A stretch of 64,000 nt of DNA from an uncultured bacterium (GCA_964588795.1 CAZPQN010000005.1:11109-75108); one strand, 5' to 3'. Counted from the stretch's first letter, positions 28,397 to 38,766 are shown. Numbers and translations: made by a program. The notes: generated by a model from the sequence alone, not told the origin.

Positions 28397-29764
28397 TTGA
28401 AGTCAGAATCAATAATCAGCGTCAGCAGAGCAGGACAATTGTATCGCCAATTGGGTAAAGAGTTTATCGTTATAAAAAATCCGGAATATATTCATCCGTC
28501 TTTTGAAATTTGCCCGCTGGCTCCGCGGATAACCGCACCTGTACCGAAGTTGAGCGCGGCGGTTATGGATATGGATGGTACAACCACCACCACGGAATTT
28601 CTCTGCATCAGCTCCCTCGAAAAAATGGTGCGACTGATTACCAATCGTCCCGAGAAAAGCACCTGGGCGGGACTCGATCCGGTGACCGACTATCCGTTTA
28701 TCATCGGCAACAGTACTACCAAACATGTCGAATTCCTGGTGAAAAAATTCCTGAACGCTATTCAACCGGAAGCCTTGAAGCAGGCCTATTTCCAAGCCGC
28801 TTTGTGGACTCTAACCTACGGCCAGGATGAAGAACGCCGTCGTGCGGTGATTGATAATCTGGTCAATTTAGGTTGTCAGGGACTGCTTTCCGACCAAGCG
28901 GTTCAAGCCTTTTTAAAAGAGAAAAAAAACGACTCGTCCCGGCTATCTGCCTTAGTAACCACCTGCCGTGAGAAGTACGGAGCGGATTTCCGCATGGCCA
29001 CAACGACCGACTTCGTCCGTGCGGGAATAGACATCTATTACCAGTGCTACCATCAGATTCTCGACCAAATCAAATGCGGAAACAGCGCGGAACTTACTCT
29101 ACGGTATGCGAGCGATTCTGCGAAAAATCTGATTGAGCCAATGCCCGGGATTGGCGAATTTTTAGCGCTCGTCAAGGGTTGGCTGAATACTTCCATCCGC
29201 GACCTGGTACCCGGGTTGCGCAAATATTTGGCACAAACCAATCCCCGGGCTCACGTACCGGATGATATTGAACAGCGCCTCACTGCACTGGGACGGTACT
29301 TCGCGCGGCATCCGCTCAAAATCGCGGTGGTCACCTCTTCAATTTTCTATGAAGCCGATGTGGTCATGACCGAAGTCATGCGGATTCTGCGCCAGCAAAT
29401 AAATACCTGGCCGATTGACGACACACAAAAGGCACTGCTCCGCGATAAATTCAGCGATTATCGCCAGGTCTATGACGCCGTCGTCACTGCTAGTGATTCC
29501 AGTGAAATTCGCTTAAAACCGCATCGCGATTTATACAGCCTTGCCCTGCACCGCTTGGGAATTCCGAAAACGAAATTCAATCAGGTCATCGGCTTTGAAG
29601 ACAGCACCAGCGGCACCATTGCAATCCGGGCGGCGGGGATTGGTTTGTGTATCGCCGTGCCCTTCGCGGCGACGAAACATCACGATTTGCGGGCGGCGGC
29701 ATTCACCGTGCCCGCCGGTTTACCGGAAGTGCTTCTGTCGCGGGAGCTGTTTCTCCGTAGATAA
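28397..29764 (+). CDS. HAD-superfamily hydrolase with an unusually large cap insertion
   Basis: Motif I is VMDMDGTTT, motif II is IAVVTSS, and motifs III/IV are LKPHRDLY and GFEDSTSGTIAIRAAG. About 250 aa separate motifs I and II. TTG start as given by the track. Confidence 0.7.
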   Translation: MKSESIISVSRAGQLYRQLGKEFIVIKNPEYIHPSFEICPLAPRITAPVPKLSAAVMDMDGTTTTTEFLCISSLEKMVRLITNRPEKSTWAGLDPVTDYPFIIGNSTTKHVEFLVKKFLNAIQPEALKQAYFQAALWTLTYGQDEERRRAVIDNLVNLGCQGLLSDQAVQAFLKEKKNDSSRLSALVTTCREKYGADFRMATTTDFVRAGIDIYYQCYHQILDQIKCGNSAELTLRYASDSAKNLIEPMPGIGEFLALVKGWLNTSIRDLVPGLRKYLAQTNPRAHVPDDIEQRLTALGRYFARHPLKIAVVTSSIFYEADVVMTEVMRILRQQINTWPIDDTQKALLRDKFSDYRQVYDAVVTASDSSEIRLKPHRDLYSLALHRLGIPKTKFNQVIGFEDSTSGTIAIRAAGIGLCIAVPFAATKHHDLRAAAFTVPAGLPEVLLSRELFLRR

Positions 29765-29832
29765 TTTTATCTGCCGATTCACTCATGCATTACCCGCATT
29801 TACAATAAATAATTTGACCGCAGGATCTCCGA

Positions 29833-32619
29833 ATGAATCAGAAAAAATACCAGTTTCATGTTATCTCCAATACGCACTGGGATCGGGAATGGCGCTATCC
29901 GTTTCAGCGCAACCGCCAGCAGCTCGTGGCAATGATGGATCAGCTGCTCAAAATCCTTGCCGAAGAACCGGAATATTCTGCTTTTCATCTCGATAGCCAG
30001 GCCGTTGTCCTGCACGACTATTTGGAAATACGACCCCAGAACAGACCCCTTTTAGAGAAGTATATCACCGAAAAACGTATCTTCGCGGGCCCCTGGTACA
30101 TTTTGCCGGAAGAATTCCAGGTCGGTGGTGAAAATCTCATCCGCAACTTGTTGCTCGGCCATCGTACGGCGGCTGAGTTCGGCCACGTCATGAAAGTCGG
30201 TTACTCGCCCTTCTCCTGGGGACAGATTTCCCAGTTGCCGCAGATTTACCGCGAGTTCGGCATTGAAGTGGTCATGTTTTACCGCGGCATCAATAGTCTC
30301 GACAGCCCCAAGGCGGAATTCATCTGGGAGGGGGCCGATGGCACGCGGGTCCTGGCTTCACGTTTTTCCACAATGCCGCGCTACAATTTCTATTTTTACA
30401 TCTACCGTCCCGTCGTGCATAACGCTCAAGTCAGTGACCTTGCCTACAAATGGGAACGCGGCGGTTTGCCTCTGCATTTCTGTGACGCTGATTTATTGGG
30501 CGAGGACTATCACATTGTGGAACCACAGGATACATATTATCCCGAAAACCTGCAACCAGCCGCCGAAGCTCTGATCCGCGAACAGATTGACGATTTTACT
30601 ACACCGCATATTTTCTGGGCCGAAGGGCACGACAGCAGTGGTCCCAACCGCAAGACCGTTCGGATTATTCGCGACCTCAATGAACTGCTCAAGCAGGGTA
30701 GGGTCCTGCACAGCGATCTTGAGCAATACGCCGCAGGCTTGCTAAAAGACACCGACCCGTCCAAATTGAAAGTCGTGACGGGCGAACGACGCAGTACGCA
30801 ATACGATCGGCGTTCCGGCAACCTGTACGGCTACACGACTTCGGCCCGGATGGACATCAAAATCAGCAATTTCATCAGCGAAAAGTGGTTACAGTATTAT
30901 GCCGAACCCTGGAACGTAATCGCTGGTCTCCTGGGTTTGGATATTAGTGACCGGTACCTCGAGATTGCCTGGCAACTGTTGATTCAAAACTCGGCGCATG
31001 ATTCTATCGGCGGGTGCAGTATCGACGCGGTGCATCAGGATATGTTCAGTCGCTACCAACAGGTGCGCGAAATAGCTCAGGGATTATTGTGCCGCGCCGT
31101 TGCTCATCTCGCCTCACATATCAATTTAAGTCAGGCGGCGCCCGAAAGTATGCACTGCGTAGTACTAAATCCGCTACCCTATAAAAGGGATGCCATCTGC
31201 GAAGCATATCTCGACGTCCCTGAAGAAATGGATCAGGGCGGGATCGCTCTTCGCGATGGTAACCTCGACGTCCCGCTTCAGATCTGCGATCAACAAGTGG
31301 TTCAGCCCGTAGTTGAGCAGCTTATTGACCGTCCACTCTATATCGCCATGCGGCGCTATCACTGTTTCTTCGACTTGCGAGAAATTCCGGCACTTGGCAT
31401 TAAAACCTTGCAGCTGCAACCATCGCCTTACATACAACAAAATCCTGAACCAATCGGGACAATCATCGAAAACTTACCAGTGCTGGAAAATACTTATTTA
31501 CGGGTTTCGATCCGGAAGAATGGAACCCTGGACATTCTCGACAAAGATAGTGGTCAGGTCTTTCATAATTTGGCTTATTTCCTGAGTGAAGGCGAAAGCG
31601 GACACGCCTGGATCCACACGCCGGTTGCGCCTGTTCTGACCACACAATCCGCCGAGCCCCGAATCTCTCTGACGATCAAAGGCCCGTTGCTGGCAGTGGT
31701 GACAATCGAACATCAGTTCGAAGTTCCAGTTGGGCTGGATGCGGAGAAAAAAACTCGAATCGGCAAAGTCAGCCTGCCGATCCGTCTCGAGGTTATCTTG
31801 ACCCGTACAGCCCGCCGCGTGGAGTTCCGGATTACCCTGAATAATTGCGCTGAAAGTCATCGCCTGCGCATTATGTTCCCTACCGGTATCCGGGCGGCAT
31901 ATTCCTGGGCCGAAGGTCAGTTCGATGTCGTGCGCCGCTCTACCGCGCGCCCTGTCACTGACGACTGGGTAGAACAACCGATGTACGATTTTCCCTTGCA
32001 CCATTTTGTGGATCTCTCTAATGAAAAGAGCGGTGCGGCGGTGATCGTCGCCGGCTTGAAAGAATACGAAATTCTTCCGGATTGTGAAACCATCGCGCTG
32101 ACTCTCCTACGCGGCTTTGAGTACCGGATTCAACCCAGTTCCCTGCAGGACTTCAGTCACGAGAAAGGTTCTCAGTGCTTGGGTCAGCATACCTTTCGTT
32201 TGGCGTTCTATCCTCACACCGGCAACTGGCGTGAGGGCAATGTCTTTCGCGAAGCGCAGGATTTTAACTACGAGTGCCGCCTTTTCCAGATGGGACGCGC
32301 GACCGGTTCGCTGGATTCGACAACATCCTTTTTCTCCATCGAGCCGACCGATCTGATCCTGAGTGCTATTAAAAAACCGGAGCAGTTTGCTTCCGGCACC
32401 CTGGTTCTCCGCCTGTTTAATCCGACCGATCAACCTTGTCAGGGCATCATCCGCACCCTATTTAACCTCAAATCCGTAACACAGCTGACTCTCGAGGAAT
32501 TGGCACTGACGAATCTGCCATTATATGACCGACATACTTTGCATCTGCAAGTAGCACCGAAGAAAATTTTGACCTTAAGACTGGAATGCGAATGCCCGGC
32601 CTTTTCAACGTGCCGATAA
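29833..32619 (+). CDS. GH38 alpha-mannosidase (MngB-like), cytoplasmic
   Basis: N-terminus FHVISNTHWDREWRYPFQ, then PWYILPEEF, FYRGIN and AHDSIGGCS. 928 aa with no signal peptide. Confidence 0.88.
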   Translation: MNQKKYQFHVISNTHWDREWRYPFQRNRQQLVAMMDQLLKILAEEPEYSAFHLDSQAVVLHDYLEIRPQNRPLLEKYITEKRIFAGPWYILPEEFQVGGENLIRNLLLGHRTAAEFGHVMKVGYSPFSWGQISQLPQIYREFGIEVVMFYRGINSLDSPKAEFIWEGADGTRVLASRFSTMPRYNFYFYIYRPVVHNAQVSDLAYKWERGGLPLHFCDADLLGEDYHIVEPQDTYYPENLQPAAEALIREQIDDFTTPHIFWAEGHDSSGPNRKTVRIIRDLNELLKQGRVLHSDLEQYAAGLLKDTDPSKLKVVTGERRSTQYDRRSGNLYGYTTSARMDIKISNFISEKWLQYYAEPWNVIAGLLGLDISDRYLEIAWQLLIQNSAHDSIGGCSIDAVHQDMFSRYQQVREIAQGLLCRAVAHLASHINLSQAAPESMHCVVLNPLPYKRDAICEAYLDVPEEMDQGGIALRDGNLDVPLQICDQQVVQPVVEQLIDRPLYIAMRRYHCFFDLREIPALGIKTLQLQPSPYIQQNPEPIGTIIENLPVLENTYLRVSIRKNGTLDILDKDSGQVFHNLAYFLSEGESGHAWIHTPVAPVLTTQSAEPRISLTIKGPLLAVVTIEHQFEVPVGLDAEKKTRIGKVSLPIRLEVILTRTARRVEFRITLNNCAESHRLRIMFPTGIRAAYSWAEGQFDVVRRSTARPVTDDWVEQPMYDFPLHHFVDLSNEKSGAAVIVAGLKEYEILPDCETIALTLLRGFEYRIQPSSLQDFSHEKGSQCLGQHTFRLAFYPHTGNWREGNVFREAQDFNYECRLFQMGRATGSLDSTTSFFSIEPTDLILSAIKKPEQFASGTLVLRLFNPTDQPCQGIIRTLFNLKSVTQLTLEELALTNLPLYDRHTLHLQVAPKKILTLRLECECPAFSTCR

Positions 32620-32635
32620 GCAAAATCCTGCGCGC

Positions 32636-33184
32636 TTATTTTTCGAAATTGTAATGCCGGATTTCCGCCAGCGGACGGCGGGGACGGGGATTGCCGGAAG
32701 GATTGGCTGGATAACCTAAGCTGAGCAGAATATCAATTGTGGTCGCCTTAGGCAGATTCAGTGCTTTCCCGACAGCACGCCGGTTGAACCAACCCAACCA
32801 GCAGGTACCCAATCCCAATTCTGCCGCTTGCAGGATAAAGTGTTCACAGGCAATGCCGAGATCAATCAGGCTATACTGGATTTTGCGAAAAAAACCACCA
32901 ACCTTAACCTTATAAGAGCGCTGGTCGGTAACTACCACGATTAAAACCGGTGCCTCTGCGGCAAACCGGTTTGATGAGTAGATGCCACTGAAAGCCGCTT
33001 CGCAAACCCGGAGACGGATTTCCGGATCATCCAGAACGATGAAATACCACGGCTGGGCGTTACAGGCGGAGGGCGCAAGGCGTGCCGCTTCCAAACATCT
33101 ATCAATTAGTTCACGCGGTACAGGGCTTTTCTGATAATGGCGCACACTCCGCCGCTGTCTGACTAATTCCAGGAAATTCATCAT
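32636..33184 (-). CDS. Nitroreductase family protein
   Basis: 182 aa with RRSVRHYQ, APSACNAQPW and GTCWLGWF. Confidence 0.85.
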   Translation of the reverse strand: MMNFLELVRQRRSVRHYQKSPVPRELIDRCLEAARLAPSACNAQPWYFIVLDDPEIRLRVCEAAFSGIYSSNRFAAEAPVLIVVVTDQRSYKVKVGGFFRKIQYSLIDLGIACEHFILQAAELGLGTCWLGWFNRRAVGKALNLPKATTIDILLSLGYPANPSGNPRPRRPLAEIRHYNFEK

Positions 33185-34884
33185 TAACCAAGCAGCTCGC
33201 GGGCTTGTTCCAGAGTCGTTTCGGAAATGCTTTTTCCACCGATTAACTGCGCGATTTCGGCGACCCTTTCTTCCGCCGCTAAGCGTCTGACGCGGGTTTG
33301 ACTCCGTCCCTGTTCGGTCACCTTGCGAACGCTCAGGTGATCATCGGCCAGTCCGGCGATCTGGGGCAGGTGGGTGATACAAATGACCTGATGCGCTTGA
33401 GCCAGACCGCGCAATTCCTCACCAACGACCCGGGCGATTTTCCCTGAAATTCCCGTATCAATTTCATCGAAAATCAGCACGGGAATCTGATCGCGTCCGG
33501 CGAGCAACGACTTGACCGCCAGCATGATGCGGGAAACTTCCCCGCCCGAGACTATTTCCGCCAAAGGACGCAGAGGCTCGCCGGGATTGGTGCTGATCAT
33601 GAAAGTCACCACATCGAGCCCTTCCGAGGTTCCCCGATAAGTTTTTCCATCCAGTGTTACCCAACCGTGGGCATCGATCTGCTTTTCCAAAACCACCACA
33701 AACCGCGCTCCGCCAATTCCGATGCGATTGAGAATGCGTTCCAACTCTCGTTCGAATACCCGCGCCAATTCCCCGCGACGCTGGGATAGTTCCAGTGCCA
33801 CCGCCGTATAGCGTTCCCGAAGAGTGGTGAGTTCGTTTTCAGTCCCGGTCAATTGCAGACCGAGATCGTCGTTACTCTGCAAACTGGTGGTCAGCTCGCG
33901 GGCAAAGTCCAAAACCTGGCTGATTTCTGGTCCATATTTTTTCATTAATTGCTGAAAAGCATAAAGGCGCTGATTAACGGTTTCCAGTCGCAGGGGATTG
34001 TACTGTACCTGTGCCCCAAAACGCTCCAGCTGTTTGGCCAAATCCTGGCAATAGTATTGGCTATCTGTGAGACGGTTGCGGGCTTCCTCAAACGTTGGAG
34101 CGTATTTTTGCAGATTAGACAGGGATTTGGTCACCGTCAGCAATTTCTGGTAGATTGATTCCGGCGCTTCGCTCAATTGCTGGATCAAATCATTTACAAA
34201 CAGATGAATACGCTCGGCATTTTCGAGGATAGTTTTTTCTGCCAGCAGTTCCTGGTACTCGCCGTCCTGCGGATTGACTTTCTGAATTTCCCGCAGTTGG
34301 AATTCCCAAAGCTCATGTTTTTCTTTGTTCAGCCGGATTTGTTGGACCAGGAGTTCCCGGCGAGTCATTAATACGTTTATTTCATCAAACAACCTGGCAG
34401 TTTCGCTGACCAATTCGGCATAATCGCCGAAAGCATCGAGAAACTGAATATGCGTGGCGGAATCCAACAGAGACTGGTGATCATGCTGACCATGCAAATC
34501 CACCAACAGATTGCCGATTTCTTTCAGCGTGGCAATTGGACAGGAGTTAGCATTTACCCAACCCTTACTGCGACCGGAAAGACTAACCTCGCGTTTCAGG
34601 GTCAACATATTATCGGTAATACGGATACCTTTCGCTGACAGTAATTTCTTAAATCGCTGGTTTTTTCGTCCCAGATGAAAAACGCATTCTACAGTAGCAC
34701 TCTCGGCGCCCGCGCGAATGATGGTCGGGCTGGCTTTCTCCCCCAAAGCTAAGTTCAGTGCATCAATAATGATGGATTTACCCGCTCCGGTTTCTCCGGT
34801 CAGGATCGTCAATCCCGACTGGAAATTTATTTCCAGGTGTTCGATGATGGCGAAATTTTCGATTCTAAGACTGCTCAAACTCAT
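33184..34884 (-). CDS. recN: DNA repair protein RecN
   Basis: LRIENFAIIEHLEINFQSGLTILTGETGAGKSIIIDAL, a long coiled coil, then the C-terminal ASGGEVSRIMLA and LIFDEIDTGISG. Confidence 0.95.
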   Translation of the reverse strand: MSLSSLRIENFAIIEHLEINFQSGLTILTGETGAGKSIIIDALNLALGEKASPTIIRAGAESATVECVFHLGRKNQRFKKLLSAKGIRITDNMLTLKREVSLSGRSKGWVNANSCPIATLKEIGNLLVDLHGQHDHQSLLDSATHIQFLDAFGDYAELVSETARLFDEINVLMTRRELLVQQIRLNKEKHELWEFQLREIQKVNPQDGEYQELLAEKTILENAERIHLFVNDLIQQLSEAPESIYQKLLTVTKSLSNLQKYAPTFEEARNRLTDSQYYCQDLAKQLERFGAQVQYNPLRLETVNQRLYAFQQLMKKYGPEISQVLDFARELTTSLQSNDDLGLQLTGTENELTTLRERYTAVALELSQRRGELARVFERELERILNRIGIGGARFVVVLEKQIDAHGWVTLDGKTYRGTSEGLDVVTFMISTNPGEPLRPLAEIVSGGEVSRIMLAVKSLLAGRDQIPVLIFDEIDTGISGKIARVVGEELRGLAQAHQVICITHLPQIAGLADDHLSVRKVTEQGRSQTRVRRLAAEERVAEIAQLIGGKSISETTLEQARELLG

Positions 34885-35260
34885 AGCTTATCCAGGCGCG
34901 GAATAATTTTATTTTATGAAACAAGTAGATCCCCAGCCCGATGCCTATCGCATCGGCCAGCCAGTCATAAATCGAGCAAAACCGTCCCGGCACGAAATAC
35001 TGATGAAGCTCATCCGTAATGGCAAATAACAACCCGCTCAGCAGACTTAGCGGGATGGCGCGCCGCGCGACTTTCTCCTGTGAGGCAGAGGTAAAGGCCA
35101 ATGATAAAAAAATTCCATAAATCGTATACTCGATCAGATGCAAGACTTTATCGAAGTTCCAGATCTCGATCGCCGGAACCTTTTCCTTGGGCAAAGAGGA
35201 TAAAGTGAAAATAATTAACGAGTAGACGATGGCGGGAATTTTTAACCAGAAGCTGCGCAT
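34865..35260 (-). CDS. VanZ family membrane protein
   Basis: 131 aa with 4 TM helices, DKVLHLIEYTIYG and DELHQYFVPGR. Confidence 0.75.
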   Translation of the reverse strand: MRSFWLKIPAIVYSLIIFTLSSLPKEKVPAIEIWNFDKVLHLIEYTIYGIFLSLAFTSASQEKVARRAIPLSLLSGLLFAITDELHQYFVPGRFCSIYDWLADAIGIGLGIYLFHKIKLFRAWISYEFEQS

Positions 35261-36837
35261 CAGTAGGTCTTTTCAATTCGTTTCAGGATCAGCGGAATGT
35301 ACTCTAAAAGATCACTGGCTAATAGCGAGCGCACCCCCAATTTTTTCCGCCCCCAGTCAGCCGCTAAACCGTGCATGGAAACGCCCGCTATTGCGGCTTC
35401 AAAAGCCGGCATCCCTTGCGCCCTTAAAGCTGCAATCATGCCGGTCAGCACATCTCCCGTCCCGCCGGTTGCCAAACCCGGGTTGCCGGTGGAGTTGACC
35501 GCCGTCTGCCCCTGCGCGGAGATTATGACTGTCGGCGCACCTTTTAAAACGAGGGTGCAGGGATTATTTGCGACGAATCGCAATCCGCAACCAATCGGAT
35601 CGGCCTGCACTTCTGCGATCGGCACGTTGCTCAGCATGGCGAACTCACCGTGATGGGGAGTCAGCACAAGGTCGCTTTTTTGTCCGATCAACTCCAGATG
35701 CCCGTGGAAGATGCGTAAACCATCGGCGTCAATTACCAGCGGACGGTCACATCCACGCAATAATGCTCTTCCAAATGCGATGACTTCCGGTTCAGCCGAG
35801 ACTCCCGGTCCAAATACTACCACATCGCTCCAGGCGAGACGCGTCGCAAGCATCGGCAACGAATCTGCACAAAAAGTGTGCGCCGCAGACTCTGCCACGG
35901 GTTGAGTCAGTGCTTCGGTCAATTTGACTTCCAGGATCGGATTCAGGCTCGCAGGTATGGCATTCACGACCAATCCGGCCCCGGTGCGCATCGCTCCTAA
36001 AGCACACAGCGTGGCGGCACCAGTCATACCCGGTGAACCAGCGATGATTAATACTTTTCCCTGGCGATGCTTGTAGGTATCTTCGGCAATGCCCGGAATC
36101 GTCTTTTTGACATCATCCTTCCCGATTAAAAAGGTCTCCCGCTTCAGTATGTCAAAGGCACTGCGGGGATATCCGAGATCCACCACGATAACCTGACCGG
36201 CGTGGCGTTTGCCAGGGTAAAACAGCAATCCGCGCTTCAGGAAACCCATCGTTACGGTAACGGTGGCTTTTACTGCCGTACCGTGTATCTGTCCAGTGTC
36301 GCCGTCAATGCCGGAAGGTATGTCAACCGCTAAAACCGGACGCTGGCTCGTATTGATACGATCCACTACGTCCGCCAGTAATCCAGTCACCGCCCCCCGG
36401 AAACCGGTACCTAATAAGGCATCCACAATGAGATCACTGTCAGATAAATCCGGTATCTGCTGCAAATCTGCGGGCTTCAGCAGATTGACAGGATTTATTT
36501 GCTTTTCGCGACAGATTTCGTAAAAATAGCGGGCGTCACCCTTAAGCCGCTCGCTGTCTCCCACTATCCAGACACTGACATTAGCGCCCCAGTCATTCAG
36601 TTTCAGCGCCGCCATCAGTCCGTCGCCACCATTATTGCCAGTTCCGCAAAAGATATCGATGCGACTGTTGGGGATTTCATCCAACAGCTTTTTGGCTTTT
36701 AGCGCCACGAAACGCCCCGCGCGACTCATCAATTCTCGTCCGGCGATTCCCAATTCTTTCATCACATAATGATCGACAGCGGCGGCTTCCTGATTGGTAA
36801 GGATATATTCACGCATTGGACTTTCGCTCAGCACCAT
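35260..36837 (-). CDS. nnr: Bifunctional NAD(P)H-hydrate repair enzyme (epimerase + ADP-dependent dehydratase)
   Basis: 525 aa. The N-terminal YjeF_N domain has CGTGNNGGDG. The C-terminal carbohydrate-kinase domain has GGTGDVLTGMIAAL. Confidence 0.92.
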   Translation of the reverse strand: MVLSESPMREYILTNQEAAAVDHYVMKELGIAGRELMSRAGRFVALKAKKLLDEIPNSRIDIFCGTGNNGGDGLMAALKLNDWGANVSVWIVGDSERLKGDARYFYEICREKQINPVNLLKPADLQQIPDLSDSDLIVDALLGTGFRGAVTGLLADVVDRINTSQRPVLAVDIPSGIDGDTGQIHGTAVKATVTVTMGFLKRGLLFYPGKRHAGQVIVVDLGYPRSAFDILKRETFLIGKDDVKKTIPGIAEDTYKHRQGKVLIIAGSPGMTGAATLCALGAMRTGAGLVVNAIPASLNPILEVKLTEALTQPVAESAAHTFCADSLPMLATRLAWSDVVVFGPGVSAEPEVIAFGRALLRGCDRPLVIDADGLRIFHGHLELIGQKSDLVLTPHHGEFAMLSNVPIAEVQADPIGCGLRFVANNPCTLVLKGAPTVIISAQGQTAVNSTGNPGLATGGTGDVLTGMIAALRAQGMPAFEAAIAGVSMHGLAADWGRKKLGVRSLLASDLLEYIPLILKRIEKTY

Positions 36838-36907
36838 TTTCGCTAAAATCGCTTATTAAAATCTAGCCTTTGAAATAAACTATCAATTTTTCCCTATTAA
36901 TCCAAAC

Positions 36908-36952
36908 CTTAAAACAATCAGAGGGCAACCCGAATCAACGGCCTGCCCTCTG
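36908..36952 (-). terminator. Rho-independent-like terminator downstream of the TPR gene
   Basis: 9-bp perfect stem (plus strand CAGAGGGCA at 36919-36927 and TGCCCTCTG at 36944-36952) with a 16-nt loop. On the minus strand it is followed by ATTGTTTT. Confidence 0.5.
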
Positions 36953-36972
36953 ATAAAACCAGGCACCGTGTT

Positions 36973-38259
36973 TTACTGGACAGTTTTCAGATGTTCTTCG
37001 GCGTAGCGCTTGTACATCGGGTCTTTGGAGGCCAGCTGAAAGGCCTGCCGCGCCGCCACTTTATTACCTAGTGAACGCTCGGCAATGCCCAGTTCGATCA
37101 GGGCTAATGCGTCATTCGGTTTGATTTTCAAAGCCGTGTTGGCGGCGTCCTTGGCTTTTTGCGCTTCTCCGGTGCTGTTATAGGCCTGCGCCAGTCTCAG
37201 CCAGGCCTTGGCGTTGTTAGGATCTTTCTCGATCACCTTCTCAAGATAGCTGGCGGCATTGGTGAAGTCGTTCATATCGATATAGATTTGCCCGATCTTC
37301 TCGAACGCACGGATGTTGCCGGGATTGATCTCTATGACCTTCAGATAGGCCTCGATCGCTTTCGGAAAATCCTTGCGGTTATAATTTAACACACCGATTT
37401 TATCCCAAGCGCCATCAAACTTAGGGTCAATAGTGACGGCCTCGTTATAGGCGTTCAGAGCCTCTTCGAGCTTGTTGAGTTTCTCCAAAATCCGCCCAAG
37501 TACCAAAAAGGATTTGGAATGCTTCGGATTGAGTGCGAGCCCCTTTTCCACAAACCGCCGGGCATCTTCATATTTCTTCTCATCGAAGTTAACCAGTCCA
37601 CTCAGATAATAGCCGAGAAATTCGGTCGAGTCAAGGTTTAGTGCCTGTTGATATTTTTCCAGGGCAGCGGCATTGTTACGCCGCTGACGCAGATTTTCGC
37701 CTTCCTTTAGATACTGCTGCACCAATACCTTGAGCTGACGGGAGTATTTTTCCTCATCCGGTCGTTTGGCGATCGCCTTGCGGAGATATTCAGCCGCACC
37801 GGAGAGGTCGTTCAGACGTACATTCACGAGGGCTAATTGGAAATACGCGTCGACGAAATTGGGATTTTCCTTGATAATTTCTAAGTAGAGTTTCTTGGCC
37901 CCTTCATAATCCGCATTGGTGCTGAGGCGCGAAGCCTCGGTCAGCTTGCTGGCAAAAGCCGCCATCTGAGTCCGGACTTCGCGAAATTCCGTGTTGGCGC
38001 GTTCGAGTTCAATCGCCTTGTCAAGATAAACCTTGGCATTGTCTAAATCACCCAGCGCAAAATAAATTCGACCCAGTAAAAAGACCGCAGCCGCGTAATT
38101 CGGATCCTTTTCTACCATACTCTTGCAGACCTCGAAGGCTTTCTGCAATTCTCCGTTTTTATAAAAATCATAAGAATCGGTCAACTGGTCTTTACCGAGA
38201 ATTCCCCCACTCAGCAGTAGCAGTAATCCTACGATGCTTAGCTGTTTCAACGCTGTCAT
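36973..38259 (-). CDS. Tetratricopeptide-repeat protein with signal peptide
   Basis: 428 aa. Repeated roughly 34-aa units of the type A..Y...G.....A...Y.KAIE..P, for example AIEAYLKVIEINPGN and YLEKVIEKDPNN. Confidence 0.85.
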   Translation of the reverse strand: MTALKQLSIVGLLLLLSGGILGKDQLTDSYDFYKNGELQKAFEVCKSMVEKDPNYAAAVFLLGRIYFALGDLDNAKVYLDKAIELERANTEFREVRTQMAAFASKLTEASRLSTNADYEGAKKLYLEIIKENPNFVDAYFQLALVNVRLNDLSGAAEYLRKAIAKRPDEEKYSRQLKVLVQQYLKEGENLRQRRNNAAALEKYQQALNLDSTEFLGYYLSGLVNFDEKKYEDARRFVEKGLALNPKHSKSFLVLGRILEKLNKLEEALNAYNEAVTIDPKFDGAWDKIGVLNYNRKDFPKAIEAYLKVIEINPGNIRAFEKIGQIYIDMNDFTNAASYLEKVIEKDPNNAKAWLRLAQAYNSTGEAQKAKDAANTALKIKPNDALALIELGIAERSLGNKVAARQAFQLASKDPMYKRYAEEHLKTVQ

Positions 38260-38286
38260 TTTTACTCCACTTTACTAATTTTCATC

Positions 38287-38373
38287 TGGTGCCGAAGACG
38301 GGACTCGAACCCGTACAGGCTTACGCCCACATGCCCCTCAAACATGCGTGTCTACCAGTTCCACCACCTCGGC
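38287..38373 (-). tRNA. tRNA-Leu (anticodon GAG), CCA encoded
   Basis: The reverse complement GCCGAGGTGGTGGAACTGGTAGACAC...ACGGGTTCGAGTCCCGTCTTCGGCACCA folds by hand. It gives a 7-bp acceptor stem, anticodon stem CATGT/GCATG with loop TTGAGGG, a long variable arm and T arm ACGGG-TTCGAGT-CCCGT. Confidence 0.9.
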
Positions 38374-38413
38374 TATTGAGAAAAAACAATATTGGTAACT
38401 GATCCGGTGGAAA

Positions 38414-38764
38414 CTAGTTCCCAGGCGTCTGACCGGTTTCAGTCTGTTCCGCGCTACCCGCCGGTACCGGCAGCTCCGCTGAAGGTGAGGTCCGGCGATT
38501 GGCTTCCTGCCGGATGATGCTTGTCGGCTCCCCCCGGGGTGCCGACAGCAACCCGATCATGACCGAGATCGCCATAAACGCGATGGCCAGACCCGTCGTG
38601 ACCTTGGACAAAAAGGTCGCTGCACCCCGCCCACCAAACAAGGCGCCTCCTCCTGAAGCCCCAAACGTGCCGGATAGGCCGCCACCTTTACTGGCCTGCA
38701 TCAGGATCGCCAACATCAACAGGATCGAAACAAAAACATGTAAGATTATTAAAAACGTGTACAC
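38414..38764 (-). CDS. secG: Preprotein translocase subunit SecG
   Basis: MYTFLIILHVFVSILLMLAILMQASKGGGLSGTFG..., with two TM helices. It lies downstream of tpiA, a common arrangement. Confidence 0.9.
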   Translation of the reverse strand: MYTFLIILHVFVSILLMLAILMQASKGGGLSGTFGASGGGALFGGRGAATFLSKVTTGLAIAFMAISVMIGLLSAPRGEPTSIIRQEANRRTSPSAELPVPAGSAEQTETGQTPGN

Positions 38765-38766
38765 CG

